Shown here: positions 8,909 to 18,846 of the stretch, in pieces
Layout: the number at the start of each line of letters is the position of its first letter
Numbering within the stretch: the first letter of the stretch is position 1
From: Candidatus Desulfovibrio kirbyi
GTDB taxonomy: Bacteria > Desulfobacterota > Desulfovibrionia > Desulfovibrionales > Desulfovibrionaceae
Assembly: GCA_013374015.1 (NCBI GenBank)
Contig: BLLL01000012.1
Coordinates: 11,712 to 75,711, forward strand
Direction: 5' to 3'
DNA length: 64,000 nucleotides
Program-made: the position numbers and the translations under genes
Notes under the pieces: model-generated
Database searches by the model: none
What the model saw: the letters and a program-made list of their open reading frames with translations, nothing else
Told to the model about the DNA's origin: nothing

Positions 8909-9820
8909 ATGCTTTTTCCCGTATCCGGCATTGAAGTTTCGCAAATAGTCCCCGTTATTACAGGATTTTATGTTTCACTTTTTACAAGCGTCGGCGGCAT
9001 TTCCGGTGCTTTTTTGTTGCTGCCGTTTCAGATGTCCGTGCTTGGCTACACCAGTCCCGCTGTCAGCGCCACCAATCAGGTATTTAATATTGTCGCCATC
9101 CCCAGCGGCGTATACCGCTATCTGAAGGAAGGACGCATGGTCTGGCCACTGACCATTGCCGTTGCAGTGGGCACTCTGCCCGGAGTCTTTATCGGCGCCT
9201 GGATACGCGTTGTCCATCTGCCCGACCCTCGGCCTTTCAAGCTTTTTGTCGCGTGTGTGCTCCTGTATATCGGCAGCAAGCTCGTTCACGGTCTGGTCAC
9301 GCAAAAAATCCGTCCTTCCGGAACAAAGCCGAACCTTCCCGCGCCGAAGAACGCCGAATCAGATTTCACCGTAACCGTGCGGGAATTTTCCCTTGCGCGT
9401 ATAGCCTATACTTTTCAGAACGCGACGCACAGTTGCCCGACGGTCGCCGTTTTTGCCCTGAGCCTTGTTGTGGGGATAATCGGCGGCATTTACGGCATAG
9501 GCGGCGGCGCGATCATGGCGCCCTTTATCGTGTCGTTTTTCCGCCTGCCGGTACACACAATAAGCGGCGCCGCGCTTATGGGCACATTTCTCACTTCCAT
9601 AGCCGGCGTGACGTTTTATACACTGCTTGCCTTAAACCATCCGGAGCAGTCTGTCGCGCCGGACTGGATTTTGGGCGCGCTTTTCGGAATCGGCGGCGCC
9701 GCCGGCATGTACTGCGGCGCGTGCTGCCAAAAATATGTGCCCGCAACGGGCATCAGGGCGATGCTTGCCGTGTCCATTCTCGGCACGGCGTGCAAATATG
9801 TGCTGGAATATTTGCGCTGA
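8909..9820 (+). CDS. TauE/SafE-family anion (sulfite/sulfonate-type) exporter
   Basis: A polytopic membrane protein with internally duplicated halves and Gly-rich TM segments (GIIGGIYGIGGGAIMAPF). A strong RBS GAAGGAGG precedes the start. Confidence 0.75.
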   Translation: MLFPVSGIEVSQIVPVITGFYVSLFTSVGGISGAFLLLPFQMSVLGYTSPAVSATNQVFNIVAIPSGVYRYLKEGRMVWPLTIAVAVGTLPGVFIGAWIRVVHLPDPRPFKLFVACVLLYIGSKLVHGLVTQKIRPSGTKPNLPAPKNAESDFTVTVREFSLARIAYTFQNATHSCPTVAVFALSLVVGIIGGIYGIGGGAIMAPFIVSFFRLPVHTISGAALMGTFLTSIAGVTFYTLLALNHPEQSVAPDWILGALFGIGGAAGMYCGACCQKYVPATGIRAMLAVSILGTACKYVLEYLR

Positions 9821-9838
9821 ACACTGTACACAGTGTTT

Positions 9839-10669
9839 ATGAAAACCGCTTGTAAACGGCCTGTTGCCCTGTTTGATTCCGGCATGGGCGGGCTGACCGT
9901 GTTCAAGGCTGTTGCCGCCTGTCTGCCCGGCGAAGACCTGATCTATCTGGGCGATACGGCGCGCCTGCCTTATGGCACCAAGGGGCGCGACACCATTGTC
10001 CGCTACACGCTCAAGGCAGCCCAAAAGCTGCTGGAATACGACGTCAAAATGCTGGTGACAGCCTGCAATACCGCAACAGCGGCGGCTCTTCCGACACTGT
10101 GCGAACATTTTGTCGGCCTTCCCGTGCTGGGCGTTGTTGAACCCGGCGCGCTGGCCGCAGCCAAAGCCAGCCGCAACGGACGCATTGTGGTAATCGCCAC
10201 CGAGGCTACTATCGCCGGAGGCGCGTACCAGCAGGCCATTGCGCGTTTACGTCCGGAAGCGTATGTGCTGGGACGCGCCTGCACCCTGTTTGTGCCTCTT
10301 GCCGAAGAAGGATGGATTGGTGGGGCATTGGTGGAGGGCATTGCCCATCGGTATCTTGACGACATTTTCAGCCCGCCTGTCACCGCGCCGCGACCGGACA
10401 CCCTGCTGCTTGGCTGCACGCACTTTCCCCCGTTACTGCCGGCCCTGAAAAATGTGGTGGGGGCCCATGTGCATATTGTGGATTCCGCCGCGACAACGGC
10501 GGAACACATTCGCGCGGAGCTTGCCGCGCGCGCACTTCTGCGCGGAGAGGGCGCCATTGGGCGTCACCGATTTCTGACCACAGACAATCCCGTGCGTTTT
10601 GTCCGCACAGGCAGCCTGTTTTTGGGACGCACACTTAAAAGTGCGGAAGTGGAACTGGTTGATTTGTAA
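9839..10669 (+). CDS. murI: glutamate racemase
   Basis: Contains FDSGMGGLTV plus the catalytic Cys motifs LVTACNTA and LLGCTHFP. The start was set to ATG 9839. Confidence 0.9.
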   Translation: MKTACKRPVALFDSGMGGLTVFKAVAACLPGEDLIYLGDTARLPYGTKGRDTIVRYTLKAAQKLLEYDVKMLVTACNTATAAALPTLCEHFVGLPVLGVVEPGALAAAKASRNGRIVVIATEATIAGGAYQQAIARLRPEAYVLGRACTLFVPLAEEGWIGGALVEGIAHRYLDDIFSPPVTAPRPDTLLLGCTHFPPLLPALKNVVGAHVHIVDSAATTAEHIRAELAARALLRGEGAIGRHRFLTTDNPVRFVRTGSLFLGRTLKSAEVELVDL

Positions 10670-10709
10670 AAATTGCTTCGTTCCGCGGCAAGGTTTTTAT
10701 AAATTTTTG

Positions 10710-10739
10710 TTGACAGGCTTTGCGGCATTACTTAGTAAT
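10710..10739 (+). promoter_or_regulatory. sigma70-type promoter candidate for the HU gene
   Basis: A consensus -35 TTGACA (10710-10715) is followed by a 17-18 nt spacer and then TAGTAAT. Confidence 0.35.
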
Positions 10740-10811
10740 GGCTTACGTCATAACTGTGGGAGGCCTTATTAACGCCCTTTGGGAATCACAAATTTATTAT
10801 GGAGAACAAAC

Positions 10812-11087
10812 ATGACTAAAGCCGAACTTGTAGCAAAAATTCATGCCAAGGCTGCTCTGCCCACCAAGGCAAAAGCCGAAGACGCGCTTGACGCCGTTCT
10901 GTCCTCGTTGCGCGAAGCGCTTGCCGTCGGCGATTCCGTAACGTTTACCGGTTTTGGCAGTTTCAAGGTTGTCACACGCGCGGCACGCAAGGGGCGTAAC
11001 CCCCGCACCGGCAAGGAAATTCAGATACCTGCGGGAAAAATTGTCAAATTTACGGTTGGCAAAGGGCTGAAAGACGCCGTCAAGTAA
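10812..11087 (+). CDS. hup: HU-family DNA-binding protein
   Basis: MTKAELVAKI...GFGSFKVVTRAARKGRNPRTGKEIQIPA matches the HU/IHF signature arm. The protein is 91 aa. Confidence 0.9.
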   Translation: MTKAELVAKIHAKAALPTKAKAEDALDAVLSSLREALAVGDSVTFTGFGSFKVVTRAARKGRNPRTGKEIQIPAGKIVKFTVGKGLKDAVK

Positions 11088-11107
11088 CGTGTCATATCTC
11101 CGCTTTC

Positions 11108-11149
11108 AACGGCGTTCCCGTTCACGCAACAGTACGAGGGAACGCCGTT
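11108..11149. terminator. 12-bp hairpin between convergent hup and tyrS
   Basis: AACGGCGTTCCC-N18-GGGAACGCCGTT abuts the tyrS stop codon. The flanking U-tracts are weak. Confidence 0.4.
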
Positions 11150-12349
11150 TCATTGCTCCACCACAAGGCGCAAAAACCGTTTTTTGCCTAGTTTTATCAC
11201 ATGCTCACCCACGGACACCGCCTGTGTTTCATCATCCCAGCGTTTGTTGTCCACCGTCAGCGCGCCTTCCCTGACAAGCCTGCGCGCTTGCCCACGGCTT
11301 TGCACAACTCCGGCAGCCTCCAGGAAAAGCGGCGGCAGCGCGTTTTCATATCTGCAAACAAACACGGGCATGGTATCAGGCACGCCGCCGCCCGCAAACA
11401 CGGCGGCAAACTCCCTGCGCGCCTCATCAGCGGCATCCGCCCCATGACAACGGGCAACCATCTCATGCGCCAGAGATTCCTTGGCGGTTTTGGGATGCAC
11501 GCATCCCTGCTCCACATCGCGGCGCAAGGCAGCTGTTTCTTCAAGGCTCAAGGCTGAAAGCAGTTCATAGTACCGCCACATGAGCGTGTCGGAAAGGGAC
11601 ATGACTTTGCCGAAGATTTCCGCGGGCGGTTCGTCAATGCCGATGTAATTGCCATAGGATTTCGACATCTTGCGAACGCCGTCCGTGCCTTCCAGCAGGG
11701 GCATGGTGATAACGCACTGGCCTTGTCCGCCATAGTGGGCCTGCAGCGTGCGCCCCATCAGCAGATTAAATTTCTGATCTGTGCCGCCGATCTCCACATC
11801 CGCATTGAGCGCCACGGAATCATAGCCTTGGCAGAGCGGGTACAAAAATTCGTGGATGGAAATGGGGCGTTGTTCCTTAAAGCGTTTTGCAAAATCGTCG
11901 CGCTCCATCATGCGGGCGACAGTACAACTTGAGGCCAGACGGACAAAATCCGCCGCGTTCATGGTGCCGAGCCAGCGGGAATTGAATTCCACCAGTGTCT
12001 TTTGGGGATCAAGAATTTTGAAGACCTGCGCCTTGTAGGTTTCCGCATTTGCCGCAACCTGCTCTTCAGTAAGCGGAGGGCGTGTCTCAGAGCGGCCGGA
12101 GGGGTCTCCGATACGGCCGGTAAAATCACCTATCAAAAAAATGACGGTATGCCCCAACTCCTGAAAATGACGCATCTTGTGCATGATGACGGTGTGCCCG
12201 AAATGCAGATCGGGCGCGGTGGGATCAAATCCGACCTTTACGCGCAGGTGTGTGCTGCGCAAAAGTTTTTTGCGCAGTTCCTCCTCGCCGATCAGTTCCA
12301 CAACGCCGCGTTTGATACGGGACAACTGCCCGTCGTTTTCCGTCGCCAA
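11150..12349 (-). CDS. tyrS: tyrosyl-tRNA synthetase (short, type-2 form)
   Basis: Contains a HIGH-type motif FGHTV, KMSKS and a C-terminal S4 domain. I propose start TTG 12349 behind RBS GGGGAGGGA, giving 399 aa. The track ORF extends far upstream only because that frame stays stop-free. Confidence 0.9.
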   Translation of the reverse strand: MATENDGQLSRIKRGVVELIGEEELRKKLLRSTHLRVKVGFDPTAPDLHFGHTVIMHKMRHFQELGHTVIFLIGDFTGRIGDPSGRSETRPPLTEEQVAANAETYKAQVFKILDPQKTLVEFNSRWLGTMNAADFVRLASSCTVARMMERDDFAKRFKEQRPISIHEFLYPLCQGYDSVALNADVEIGGTDQKFNLLMGRTLQAHYGGQGQCVITMPLLEGTDGVRKMSKSYGNYIGIDEPPAEIFGKVMSLSDTLMWRYYELLSALSLEETAALRRDVEQGCVHPKTAKESLAHEMVARCHGADAADEARREFAAVFAGGGVPDTMPVFVCRYENALPPLFLEAAGVVQSRGQARRLVREGALTVDNKRWDDETQAVSVGEHVIKLGKKRFLRLVVEQ

Positions 12350-12445
12350 AAACCGTCCCTCCCCAACTTCTGTAAAGGAAACCCTTGTCCTCAACAGAAA
12401 AAATATGCTACATACGAATTCAGAACGGTGGAAGTGTACATCAAA

Positions 12446-12487
12446 ACAAAAAAAAAACAAGATGTCTGCCGCGTGGCGGCAACATCT
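12446..12487 (-). terminator. intrinsic terminator inside the tyrS 5' leader
   Basis: On the minus strand the sequence is AGATGTTGCCGC-CAC-GCGGCA(G)ACATCT followed by TG and then ten T. The stem is 12 bp and GC-rich with one bulge. Confidence 0.6.
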
Positions 12488-12649
12488 AGGCATGACCAAG
12501 ATGCAAAACCCGGCGAAATAACGGACGAAACCGGCAAGAGCATTGCCAGGGCGAAGCCTGTTGCCGAATACATGATGCATATTCTGGAAAAACGGTGGCA
12601 TCAGGCCGTTACTGCAAAAGCAACTGCAATCCTGAAAGGGGGGAATACC

Positions 12650-13915
12650 ATGCGCTACGAACTGGCTTACGGCAAGTCCACAGTGGATTTTACCCTGCCC
12701 GACACCATCAGTCCGTTCATTGTGAAGGCGAACAGCAAAAAAGGGCTGGCGGACCCGCTTGGCGAAACGCGCAGGATGTTGCAAAATCCTATGGGCACGC
12801 CGCCTTTGCTTGAAATGCTGCGCGCCAAAAAACCGCAAACCGTGGTGGTGGTGATCAACGATATTACCCGTCCGACGCCGTATGAGGCGCTGTTCCCGCC
12901 CCTGCTGGAAGTTTTTGCCCAAGCCGGAATCAGGGACGATCAGGTAACGCTGCTCATCGCCACAGGCATCCACGATCCGCACACTGACGCGCAAAACAAG
13001 GAAGTGTACGGCGAAGAAATCACCCGCCGCTTCAAGATACTCAATCACGATGGTCTGGATGAATCCAATCTGGTCAAACTGGGCACATTTAAATCCGGCT
13101 ATGATTTCATAGTGAATAAAATGGCTGTGGACGCGGATTTTCTGATCACTATCGGTGTGGTCATGCCGCACTATTTTGCCGGATATTCTGGTGGCCGCAA
13201 ATCCATACTGCCTGGCCTTGTTTCCAAAAAAACCGTTGAGCAAAATCACGCCCGCATGGTGGAGCTGATGGACTATCTGCCGCCCATTGATGAAAATCCG
13301 GTGAGCAACGAGATGATTGAGGCTGCCAGGCAGGTTGGCGTAGACTTTATTCTGAACGTGGTCACCAACGAAACAAAGGAAGTTGTGTGCGTGGCCGCAG
13401 GCGAAGTGCATGGCACATGGCGCATGGCCGTGGATATTTCCGCCGCCATGTATGAGGTGCCGTTTGACAGGCCGGTGGACATTGCCGTCACCTGCGCCAG
13501 CGGGCGTCCGCGTGACATCAATGTGTATCAGGCGCAAAAGGGGCTTGACCATGCCGACCGCATTACCCGCGCCGGCGGCGCCATTATTCTTGCGGCGGAG
13601 TGCCCGGAAAAATGGGGCGAGGCCGTGTTTGAGGACTGGATTCGCCGCCGTTGGGAACCGGCAAAGGTCATGCGGGAAATCAAGGCAAATTTTGTGCTGG
13701 GCGGCCATAAGGCGTACGGGTTTGCCAAGGTTGCCGCTGAAAAAAAGGTCTGGCTGGTTTCCTCGCTGAACGAGGACGAAAGTTCGCTCATCTGGGCAAA
13801 AAAAGCCGCCACAGTGCAGGGGGCTGTGGACGCTGTGCTTGCCGAATACGGCCCAAAGGCCACTTGGGCGTATCTGCCTGACGGTTCTCTGGCTTTGCCG
13901 GTGCCGCGTGGTTAA
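12650..13915 (+). CDS. LarA-like (DUF2088, nickel-pincer-dependent racemase/epimerase family) protein
   Basis: Contains [13 protein letters not shown] and the [17 protein letters not shown] motif typical of LarA homologs. The start was trimmed to ATG 12650 behind GAAAGGGGGG. Confidence 0.8.
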   Translation: MRYELAYGKSTVDFTLPDTISPFIVKANSKKGLADPLGETRRMLQNPMGTPPLLEMLRAKKPQTVVVVINDITRPTPYEALFPPLLEVFAQAGIRDDQVTLLIATGIHDPHTDAQNKEVYGEEITRRFKILNHDGLDESNLVKLGTFKSGYDFIVNKMAVDADFLITIGVVMPHYFAGYSGGRKSILPGLVSKKTVEQNHARMVELMDYLPPIDENPVSNEMIEAARQVGVDFILNVVTNETKEVVCVAAGEVHGTWRMAVDISAAMYEVPFDRPVDIAVTCASGRPRDINVYQAQKGLDHADRITRAGGAIILAAECPEKWGEAVFEDWIRRRWEPAKVMREIKANFVLGGHKAYGFAKVAAEKKVWLVSSLNEDESSLIWAKKAATVQGAVDAVLAEYGPKATWAYLPDGSLALPVPRG

Positions 13916-14101
13916 ACTAGCAGCGCAAAGGAGAGCCGACGAGGACGTACAACCCGCACCGGAAACAAACAGCCACGACATCGTGTCGATTTGGTGGGTC
14001 GTTTGAGTTTTTTCTGTCACAAACAGACCGTAAGAGCGGTTCCAAATTTTTCTGTAAATTTATATATTACATATATAACAGCCAGTTGTGAATACTGAAG
14101 C

Positions 14102-14713
14102 CTAGTCGAGTTTTTGTCTGTAGCGCAAAGACTGGCGCAATGTTTCCTTGTCCATGTACTTGACCTCAGCGCCCAGTGGAATGCCTTGGGCAAGCCTGGA
14201 AACACGCACGTTCGGAAACCGCCCGCACACCGTCCGTTGGATGAAAGAATCCGTATTTTCCGCTTCCAGCGTGGAGCCGAGCGCTAAAATAAGTTCCGTA
14301 ATTTCCCCTTCGGCAAGGCGCTGCGTGAGTCTTTCAATATCCAGATTGCTGGAATTTTTATTGTCCAGCGGGTCCAACAGTCCACCTAGGTTCATATACT
14401 GGCCGTGATAAAAACCGCCCTCATCCAAAATCAGCATACTGTCCCACTCCGCCACAAGGCAAAGGGTGTCGCGCGCGCGCGCCATATCCGCGCAGATGGC
14501 GCAGACTTCGGTTGAGGACAGACCGCCGCAGCGCGAACACAGACGCAGATTGTCGCGCAGGTCGTGAATGCCGTTTCCAAGACGACGCGTTTCCGATTCC
14601 GGCCATTTGAGGAGCGCCATGGCCAAGCGCATAGCGGATTTCGGCCCAAGTCCCGGCAAGCGGACAAGCTGCTCAAGCAGGGCTTTGAGCGGCTCCGGCA
14701 TTCGATCGCGCAT
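14102..14713 (-). CDS. recR: recombination protein RecR
   Basis: Contains the HhH motif LPGLGPKSAMR, a C4 zinc finger CSRCGGLSSTEVCAIC and a Toprim domain. Confidence 0.9.
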   Translation of the reverse strand: MRDRMPEPLKALLEQLVRLPGLGPKSAMRLAMALLKWPESETRRLGNGIHDLRDNLRLCSRCGGLSSTEVCAICADMARARDTLCLVAEWDSMLILDEGGFYHGQYMNLGGLLDPLDNKNSSNLDIERLTQRLAEGEITELILALGSTLEAENTDSFIQRTVCGRFPNVRVSRLAQGIPLGAEVKYMDKETLRQSLRYRQKLD

Positions 14714-14717
14714 ACTG

Positions 14718-14843
14718 TCAGAACAGACCGGAAATCTTGATGCCGCCGGAAAGGGCTGTCATTTCCCGTTCCAGCGTGTCGCGCGCAATGCGCCCGGCCT
14801 CATTGACAGCCGCAATAATGATGATGTCGTTCATATTACGCAT
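14718..14843 (-). CDS. 41-aa YbaB/EbfC-like remnant (internal in-frame deletion)
   Basis: It translates to MRNMNDIIIIAAVNEAGRIARDTLEREMTALSGGIKISGLF. This looks like a YbaB N-terminus (MxNMND) joined directly to a YbaB C-terminus (AAVNEA...GG..PGLF). It occupies the conserved dnaX-ybaB-recR slot, and its ATG overlaps the dnaX stop. Confidence 0.45.
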   Translation of the reverse strand: MRNMNDIIIIAAVNEAGRIARDTLEREMTALSGGIKISGLF

Positions 14844-16251
14844 GGGTAATCTTCCTTTTGTCTTCAACACACTGTTCAACAGTAGCGCCAAGCACTTCCC
14901 TGCACGCTTGCAGTTGGGGATGGTTGCTGAGCTGCTCGATAACTTGCTGTTCTGTGCGCTTTGCGGGCGCGTTTTTCAGGGAGGGCTCAGGGGCGGGATC
15001 GGCTGCCGGCGTTCGCGTGTACGCTGTCCGGGACAAGGGAGCGGGGGTATTGGACACCCCTGTTGCCGGGATTGCCTGGGCTGTTTGAGGCGTCTGCGTC
15101 ACCGCCGGAGTTTCCGGATTCGGCTGTTTCGTCAGGACAAGGCTGTCTATGGGCAGCAGTTGCGGCAACAAGACCAGATTCAGCAACAGCAGTTCCAGCG
15201 CGGTTGACGGTTCGACGCTCTGTGCAATGCCGCGCTGTGAATCCAGCAGCATTTGCCAAGCCGCGTGCAAATGCGCGGGGGAAAAATTTTGCGCGACGGC
15301 CTTATAGAAGGCTTCTTCGTTTTCTGAAAGCTTCAAGACGGGCAGCATGGCTTCACCGCCTTGGCGCAACAGAAAGAGATTGCGCAGATGGCCGGCCAGT
15401 TCACGCGTAAAAAACCCTATGTCAATGCCCTGACGCGCTGTTTGGCGTGTCAGATCAACCACTGCAACACAGTCACGCGTTGCGAAGGCCTCAAAAAGAC
15501 GGTCAAAGAGTTCCTGTCCGGCCAGCCCTAGAATGTCGCGGACAAGCTCTGCGGTGAGGCTTGCGCCGCCCAGCGCCAGCGCCTGGTCGAGCAGCGACAT
15601 GCCATCGCGCACACTGCCCGCGGCCCGCTTGGCGATAAGACGGACTGCCCCATCCTCAAAAATTTTGCCCTCTTTGCGCAGGACGGCTGTCAAATGCGCG
15701 ATGAGCGCCTCTTCGGCAAGATGACGAAAAATAAAATGCTGGCAACGGCTGACAATGGTGACAGGAAACTTGTGCGCTTCGGTGGTGGCAAAAACAAAGA
15801 CAACGCGTTTTGGCGGTTCTTCAAGTGTTTTCAGCAAGGCGTTGAAGGCCTGCGTGGTGAGCATGTGGGCTTCGTCAATAATAAAAATTTTGTAGCGCCC
15901 TTCCATGGGGGCGTAGCAGATTGTCTCGCGCAAGGCGCGGGCATCGTTTACACTGTTGTTGGAGGCGCCGTCAATTTCGGTGACATCCACATGCGCGCCC
16001 TGGGTGACGCTGCGGCATTGGACGCAGGCATTGCAAGGCTCCGGCGCCGGCGCGCGCTCGCAGTTGAGGGCTTTGGCAAAAATGCGGGCAATCGTTGTCT
16101 TGCCCACACCGCGCGTGCCGCTCAGCAGATAGGCCGGCGCCGGCGAATCTTCGCTTGCGGCGCGGGAGAGGATGGTTTTGACCATATCCTGCCCCGCCAC
16201 TTCGGCAAAGGTTTGCGGGCGGTACCGGGCGGCAAGGGACGTGTGTTGCAT
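14836..16251 (-). CDS. dnaX: DNA polymerase III subunit gamma/tau
   Basis: Contains RYRPQTFAEVAGQ, Walker A GTRGVGKTT, a zinc module CNACVQC and DEAHML. The start was trimmed to ATG 16251, 11 nt after the ilvE stop. Confidence 0.9.
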   Translation of the reverse strand: MQHTSLAARYRPQTFAEVAGQDMVKTILSRAASEDSPAPAYLLSGTRGVGKTTIARIFAKALNCERAPAPEPCNACVQCRSVTQGAHVDVTEIDGASNNSVNDARALRETICYAPMEGRYKIFIIDEAHMLTTQAFNALLKTLEEPPKRVVFVFATTEAHKFPVTIVSRCQHFIFRHLAEEALIAHLTAVLRKEGKIFEDGAVRLIAKRAAGSVRDGMSLLDQALALGGASLTAELVRDILGLAGQELFDRLFEAFATRDCVAVVDLTRQTARQGIDIGFFTRELAGHLRNLFLLRQGGEAMLPVLKLSENEEAFYKAVAQNFSPAHLHAAWQMLLDSQRGIAQSVEPSTALELLLLNLVLLPQLLPIDSLVLTKQPNPETPAVTQTPQTAQAIPATGVSNTPAPLSRTAYTRTPAADPAPEPSLKNAPAKRTEQQVIEQLSNHPQLQACREVLGATVEQCVEDKRKITHA

Positions 16252-16261
16252 CTCGATGGCG

Positions 16262-17182
16262 TTATACGGTATAATGGTGCAACCATCCGGCGTATTTCGG
16301 ATTTTCACCCTTGACGGTTCTGAAAAACTCCTTTTGCAGATGCTTTGTCACGGAACCGGCGTGTCCCGCGCCGATCGTACGGCGATCAAGCTCCCGTATG
16401 GGGGTAAGCTCCGCCGCCGTGCCGGTGAAAAAGGCTTCATCGGCAATGTATACCTCGTCGCGGGTGAACTGCTGTTCTTCAACCGTGTAGCCGAGGTCGC
16501 GCGCAAGCCGGATGACGGAACTACGGGTGATGCCGCCCAAGATGGACGTCCAGGGCGTGGTTTTGATAATTCCGTCGCGCACGATAAAGATATTTTCCCC
16601 TGTGGCTTCTGAAACAAAACCGTTCACATCCAGCATGACGGCTTCGTCGTAGCCGTCCTCTTTTGCTTCGATTTTCGCCAGAATGGAATTTATATAGTTT
16701 CCAGATGCTTTTGCCTTTGTCATCAGGGTGTTCACGTGCATACGGGCAAAAGAACTTATTTTGACACGTATGCCCTTTTCCAGCGCTTCGGCGCCCAGAT
16801 AGGCGCCCCACGGCCAAACGGCAATGATTGTCCGCACAGGGTTACTGCCCGGGTAGACGCCCATTTCGCCATAGCCCACAAAAGAAATCGGGCGAATATA
16901 GCCTTCGGCAAGTTTGTTGACCTTGAGGGTTTCAACACAGGCCGCGACAAGCGCGTCCTCACTATAGGGCACTTTTATGCGTAAAATTTTTGCGGAATTG
17001 AGTAAACGCTTGCAGTGGTCTTCAAGACGGAAAACAGCGGAAGCCCCATCAGCACAGACGTATGCGCGAATGCCTTCAAAGACGGCGCTGCCGTAATGCA
17101 GCGCGTGTGTGAGCACATGCACTTGGGCATGTTCCCAAGGGACTGTTTTTCCGTCAAACCAGATGAATTGTGTTGTTTGCAT
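16262..17182 (-). CDS. ilvE: branched-chain amino acid aminotransferase
   Basis: A fold-type IV aminotransferase: FEGIRAY, GYIRP and the EATGENIF motif. The start was trimmed to ATG 17182. Confidence 0.9.
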   Translation of the reverse strand: MQTTQFIWFDGKTVPWEHAQVHVLTHALHYGSAVFEGIRAYVCADGASAVFRLEDHCKRLLNSAKILRIKVPYSEDALVAACVETLKVNKLAEGYIRPISFVGYGEMGVYPGSNPVRTIIAVWPWGAYLGAEALEKGIRVKISSFARMHVNTLMTKAKASGNYINSILAKIEAKEDGYDEAVMLDVNGFVSEATGENIFIVRDGIIKTTPWTSILGGITRSSVIRLARDLGYTVEEQQFTRDEVYIADEAFFTGTAAELTPIRELDRRTIGAGHAGSVTKHLQKEFFRTVKGENPKYAGWLHHYTV

Positions 17183-17518
17183 ACTTCCCTCACAAATGAG
17201 CATTGATTGCCTGTAACCGCATGTTTTTTAACATACCGAAAGACGCCGCGTATGGCAAGTTTTGTCTTGACACGAGACTTTCACTTTTACAATGACAAAG
17301 CTTTGATTTTTGCCATCTACGCATCGGGGGGGCAGCAACGATGTTGCGCAGCAATTTACGCATAAAGACAGTAGTTGGTTACTCTACATTCCATCTCCGA
17401 AGCAGTTGCACGGCAACGCCTGGCGCGAAGACAGCGTTGAACATTGCGAATGTGAAGCTCTTCTTTACGAAGTCCCTTTGACTTGTTGCCGAAGCAGGGG
17501 TACAGTGCTTCCTTGTAT

Positions 17519-18520
17519 ATGCTGTATAAAACTACGGCGCTTGCAAAAGACGCGACAAAAAACAGGGCCGGCGCTGGTCTGAACGGTGCGCCAAGTCCCC
17601 TTGCGCAGTTGCACGGGGTACTGGTGCTCAATAAGCCTTCCGGTCCGACCTCAGCCTGTTGTCTGACGGCTGTTAAACGTCTGGGGCAGAAAAAAATCGG
17701 CCATGCAGGCACGCTGGATCCTCTGGCATCCGGCGTGTTGCTGGTACTGCTTGGTCAAGCGACAAAGCTTTCTTCGCACTTGCTTGTTGGTGGGCATAAG
17801 GTGTACAGTGGTAGATTGCGACTTGGGCAAATCACGGACACATGGGATGCCCAGGGCACGGTGATTGCCGAGTCCCCGTGGGAGCGGACGCGTCCTGAGG
17901 ATGTGCGGCGTGAAATTACCCGATGGGGGCAGTTGCGCGAACAGCTCGTGCCGCCGTATTCAGCCGCAAAGTGTGACGGCCGCCCCTTGTACAGGCTTGC
18001 CCGTGAGGGAAGAAATGTGCCTGAAAGAATAAAACATATACAGATTTCACAGGCGGACACGCTTGATGTGAGCTTGCCGTTTGTGCATTTCAGGGTTTCA
18101 TGCGGTTCCGGCACCTATATACGCTCCCTAGCCCACAGCTTGGGGATGCGAATCGGGTGCGGGGCAGTGCTTACGGAACTGGTGCGGGAGTATAGTTTCC
18201 CCTTTGGTCTTGATGCGGCTTGCGATCTGGACGACATTACAGCGAACATCGCTTTGTTGCCCGAAGTTGTGCGCCCCATTGCGGAGGCTTTGCCGCATTG
18301 GCCTAGGGTGGAACTTACGCCGGATCAGGCTCTGCGTGTGCGTAACGGGATGTCTGTGCCGGATGATCCGTTCACGATCAGCCGACAGCGGCAAAAAGGC
18401 GCTGAACACGCGGGCGGTTGCGCGCTTCTGCTTTTTCAGGGGGAAGTGATTGCTCTGGCAAGGCGGGAAGACGGGCCGGAACAGTCCGGTCTGCGTGTGC
18501 TACGGGGACTTTGGAACTAA
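17519..18520 (+). CDS. truB: tRNA pseudouridine(55) synthase
   Basis: Contains [14 protein letters not shown] and a catalytic Asp in [14 protein letters not shown]. The start is uncertain and could be ATG 17519 or TTG 17483. Confidence 0.85.
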   Translation: MLYKTTALAKDATKNRAGAGLNGAPSPLAQLHGVLVLNKPSGPTSACCLTAVKRLGQKKIGHAGTLDPLASGVLLVLLGQATKLSSHLLVGGHKVYSGRLRLGQITDTWDAQGTVIAESPWERTRPEDVRREITRWGQLREQLVPPYSAAKCDGRPLYRLAREGRNVPERIKHIQISQADTLDVSLPFVHFRVSCGSGTYIRSLAHSLGMRIGCGAVLTELVREYSFPFGLDAACDLDDITANIALLPEVVRPIAEALPHWPRVELTPDQALRVRNGMSVPDDPFTISRQRQKGAEHAGGCALLLFQGEVIALARREDGPEQSGLRVLRGLWN

Positions 18521-18554
18521 CATTCTATTCATTAATATGACAAGGAGAATTGCT

Positions 18555-18824
18555 GTGGTGATGGATGTTGAACAAAAAAAATCGGTTATTGAAACCCATG
18601 CCAGACATGAGGGGGACACGGGTTCGCCGGAAGTACAGGTGGCATTGTTGACGGCGCGTATTGAGGGGCTGACGGGGCATTTTAAAGTGCATAAGAAGGA
18701 TTTCCATTCGCGCACAGGTCTGCTCAAACTGGTGGGACGACGTCGCAATATTTTGAACTATTTAAAAAACAAAGATATTCAGCGCTATCGGTTGGTTATC
18801 GAAAAATTGGGGCTGCGCAAGTAG
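18555..18824 (+). CDS. rpsO: 30S ribosomal protein S15
   Basis: [19 protein letters not shown]...[19 protein letters not shown] matches S15. GTG 18555 lies 7 nt after AAGGAGA and gives 89 aa. Confidence 0.9.
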   Translation: MVMDVEQKKSVIETHARHEGDTGSPEVQVALLTARIEGLTGHFKVHKKDFHSRTGLLKLVGRRRNILNYLKNKDIQRYRLVIEKLGLRK

Positions 18825-18846
18825 TTTCACGAGGATATATACTATA

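Noticed and set aside
12350-12649. Calling the tyrS leader a canonical T-box riboswitch.
   Set aside because: I could not find the conserved T-box core sequence or Stem I elements by eye, and the putative antiterminator is only a 5-bp stem. It is kept as an unclassified attenuator candidate only.
12350-14020. The upstream 557 codons of the 956-aa minus-strand ORF that contains tyrS, running antisense through the whole LarA-like gene.
   Set aside because: TyrS homology starts only near 12349, and an intrinsic terminator lies inside the extension. The plus strand encodes a well-supported LarA-like protein. Long stop-free antisense frames are expected in high-GC DNA.
14836-16251. A programmed -1 frameshift site in dnaX, as in E. 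coli (A AAA AAG).
   Set aside because: I saw no AAAAAAG heptamer (CTTTTTT on the plus strand) within the gene by eye, though the scan was not exhaustive.
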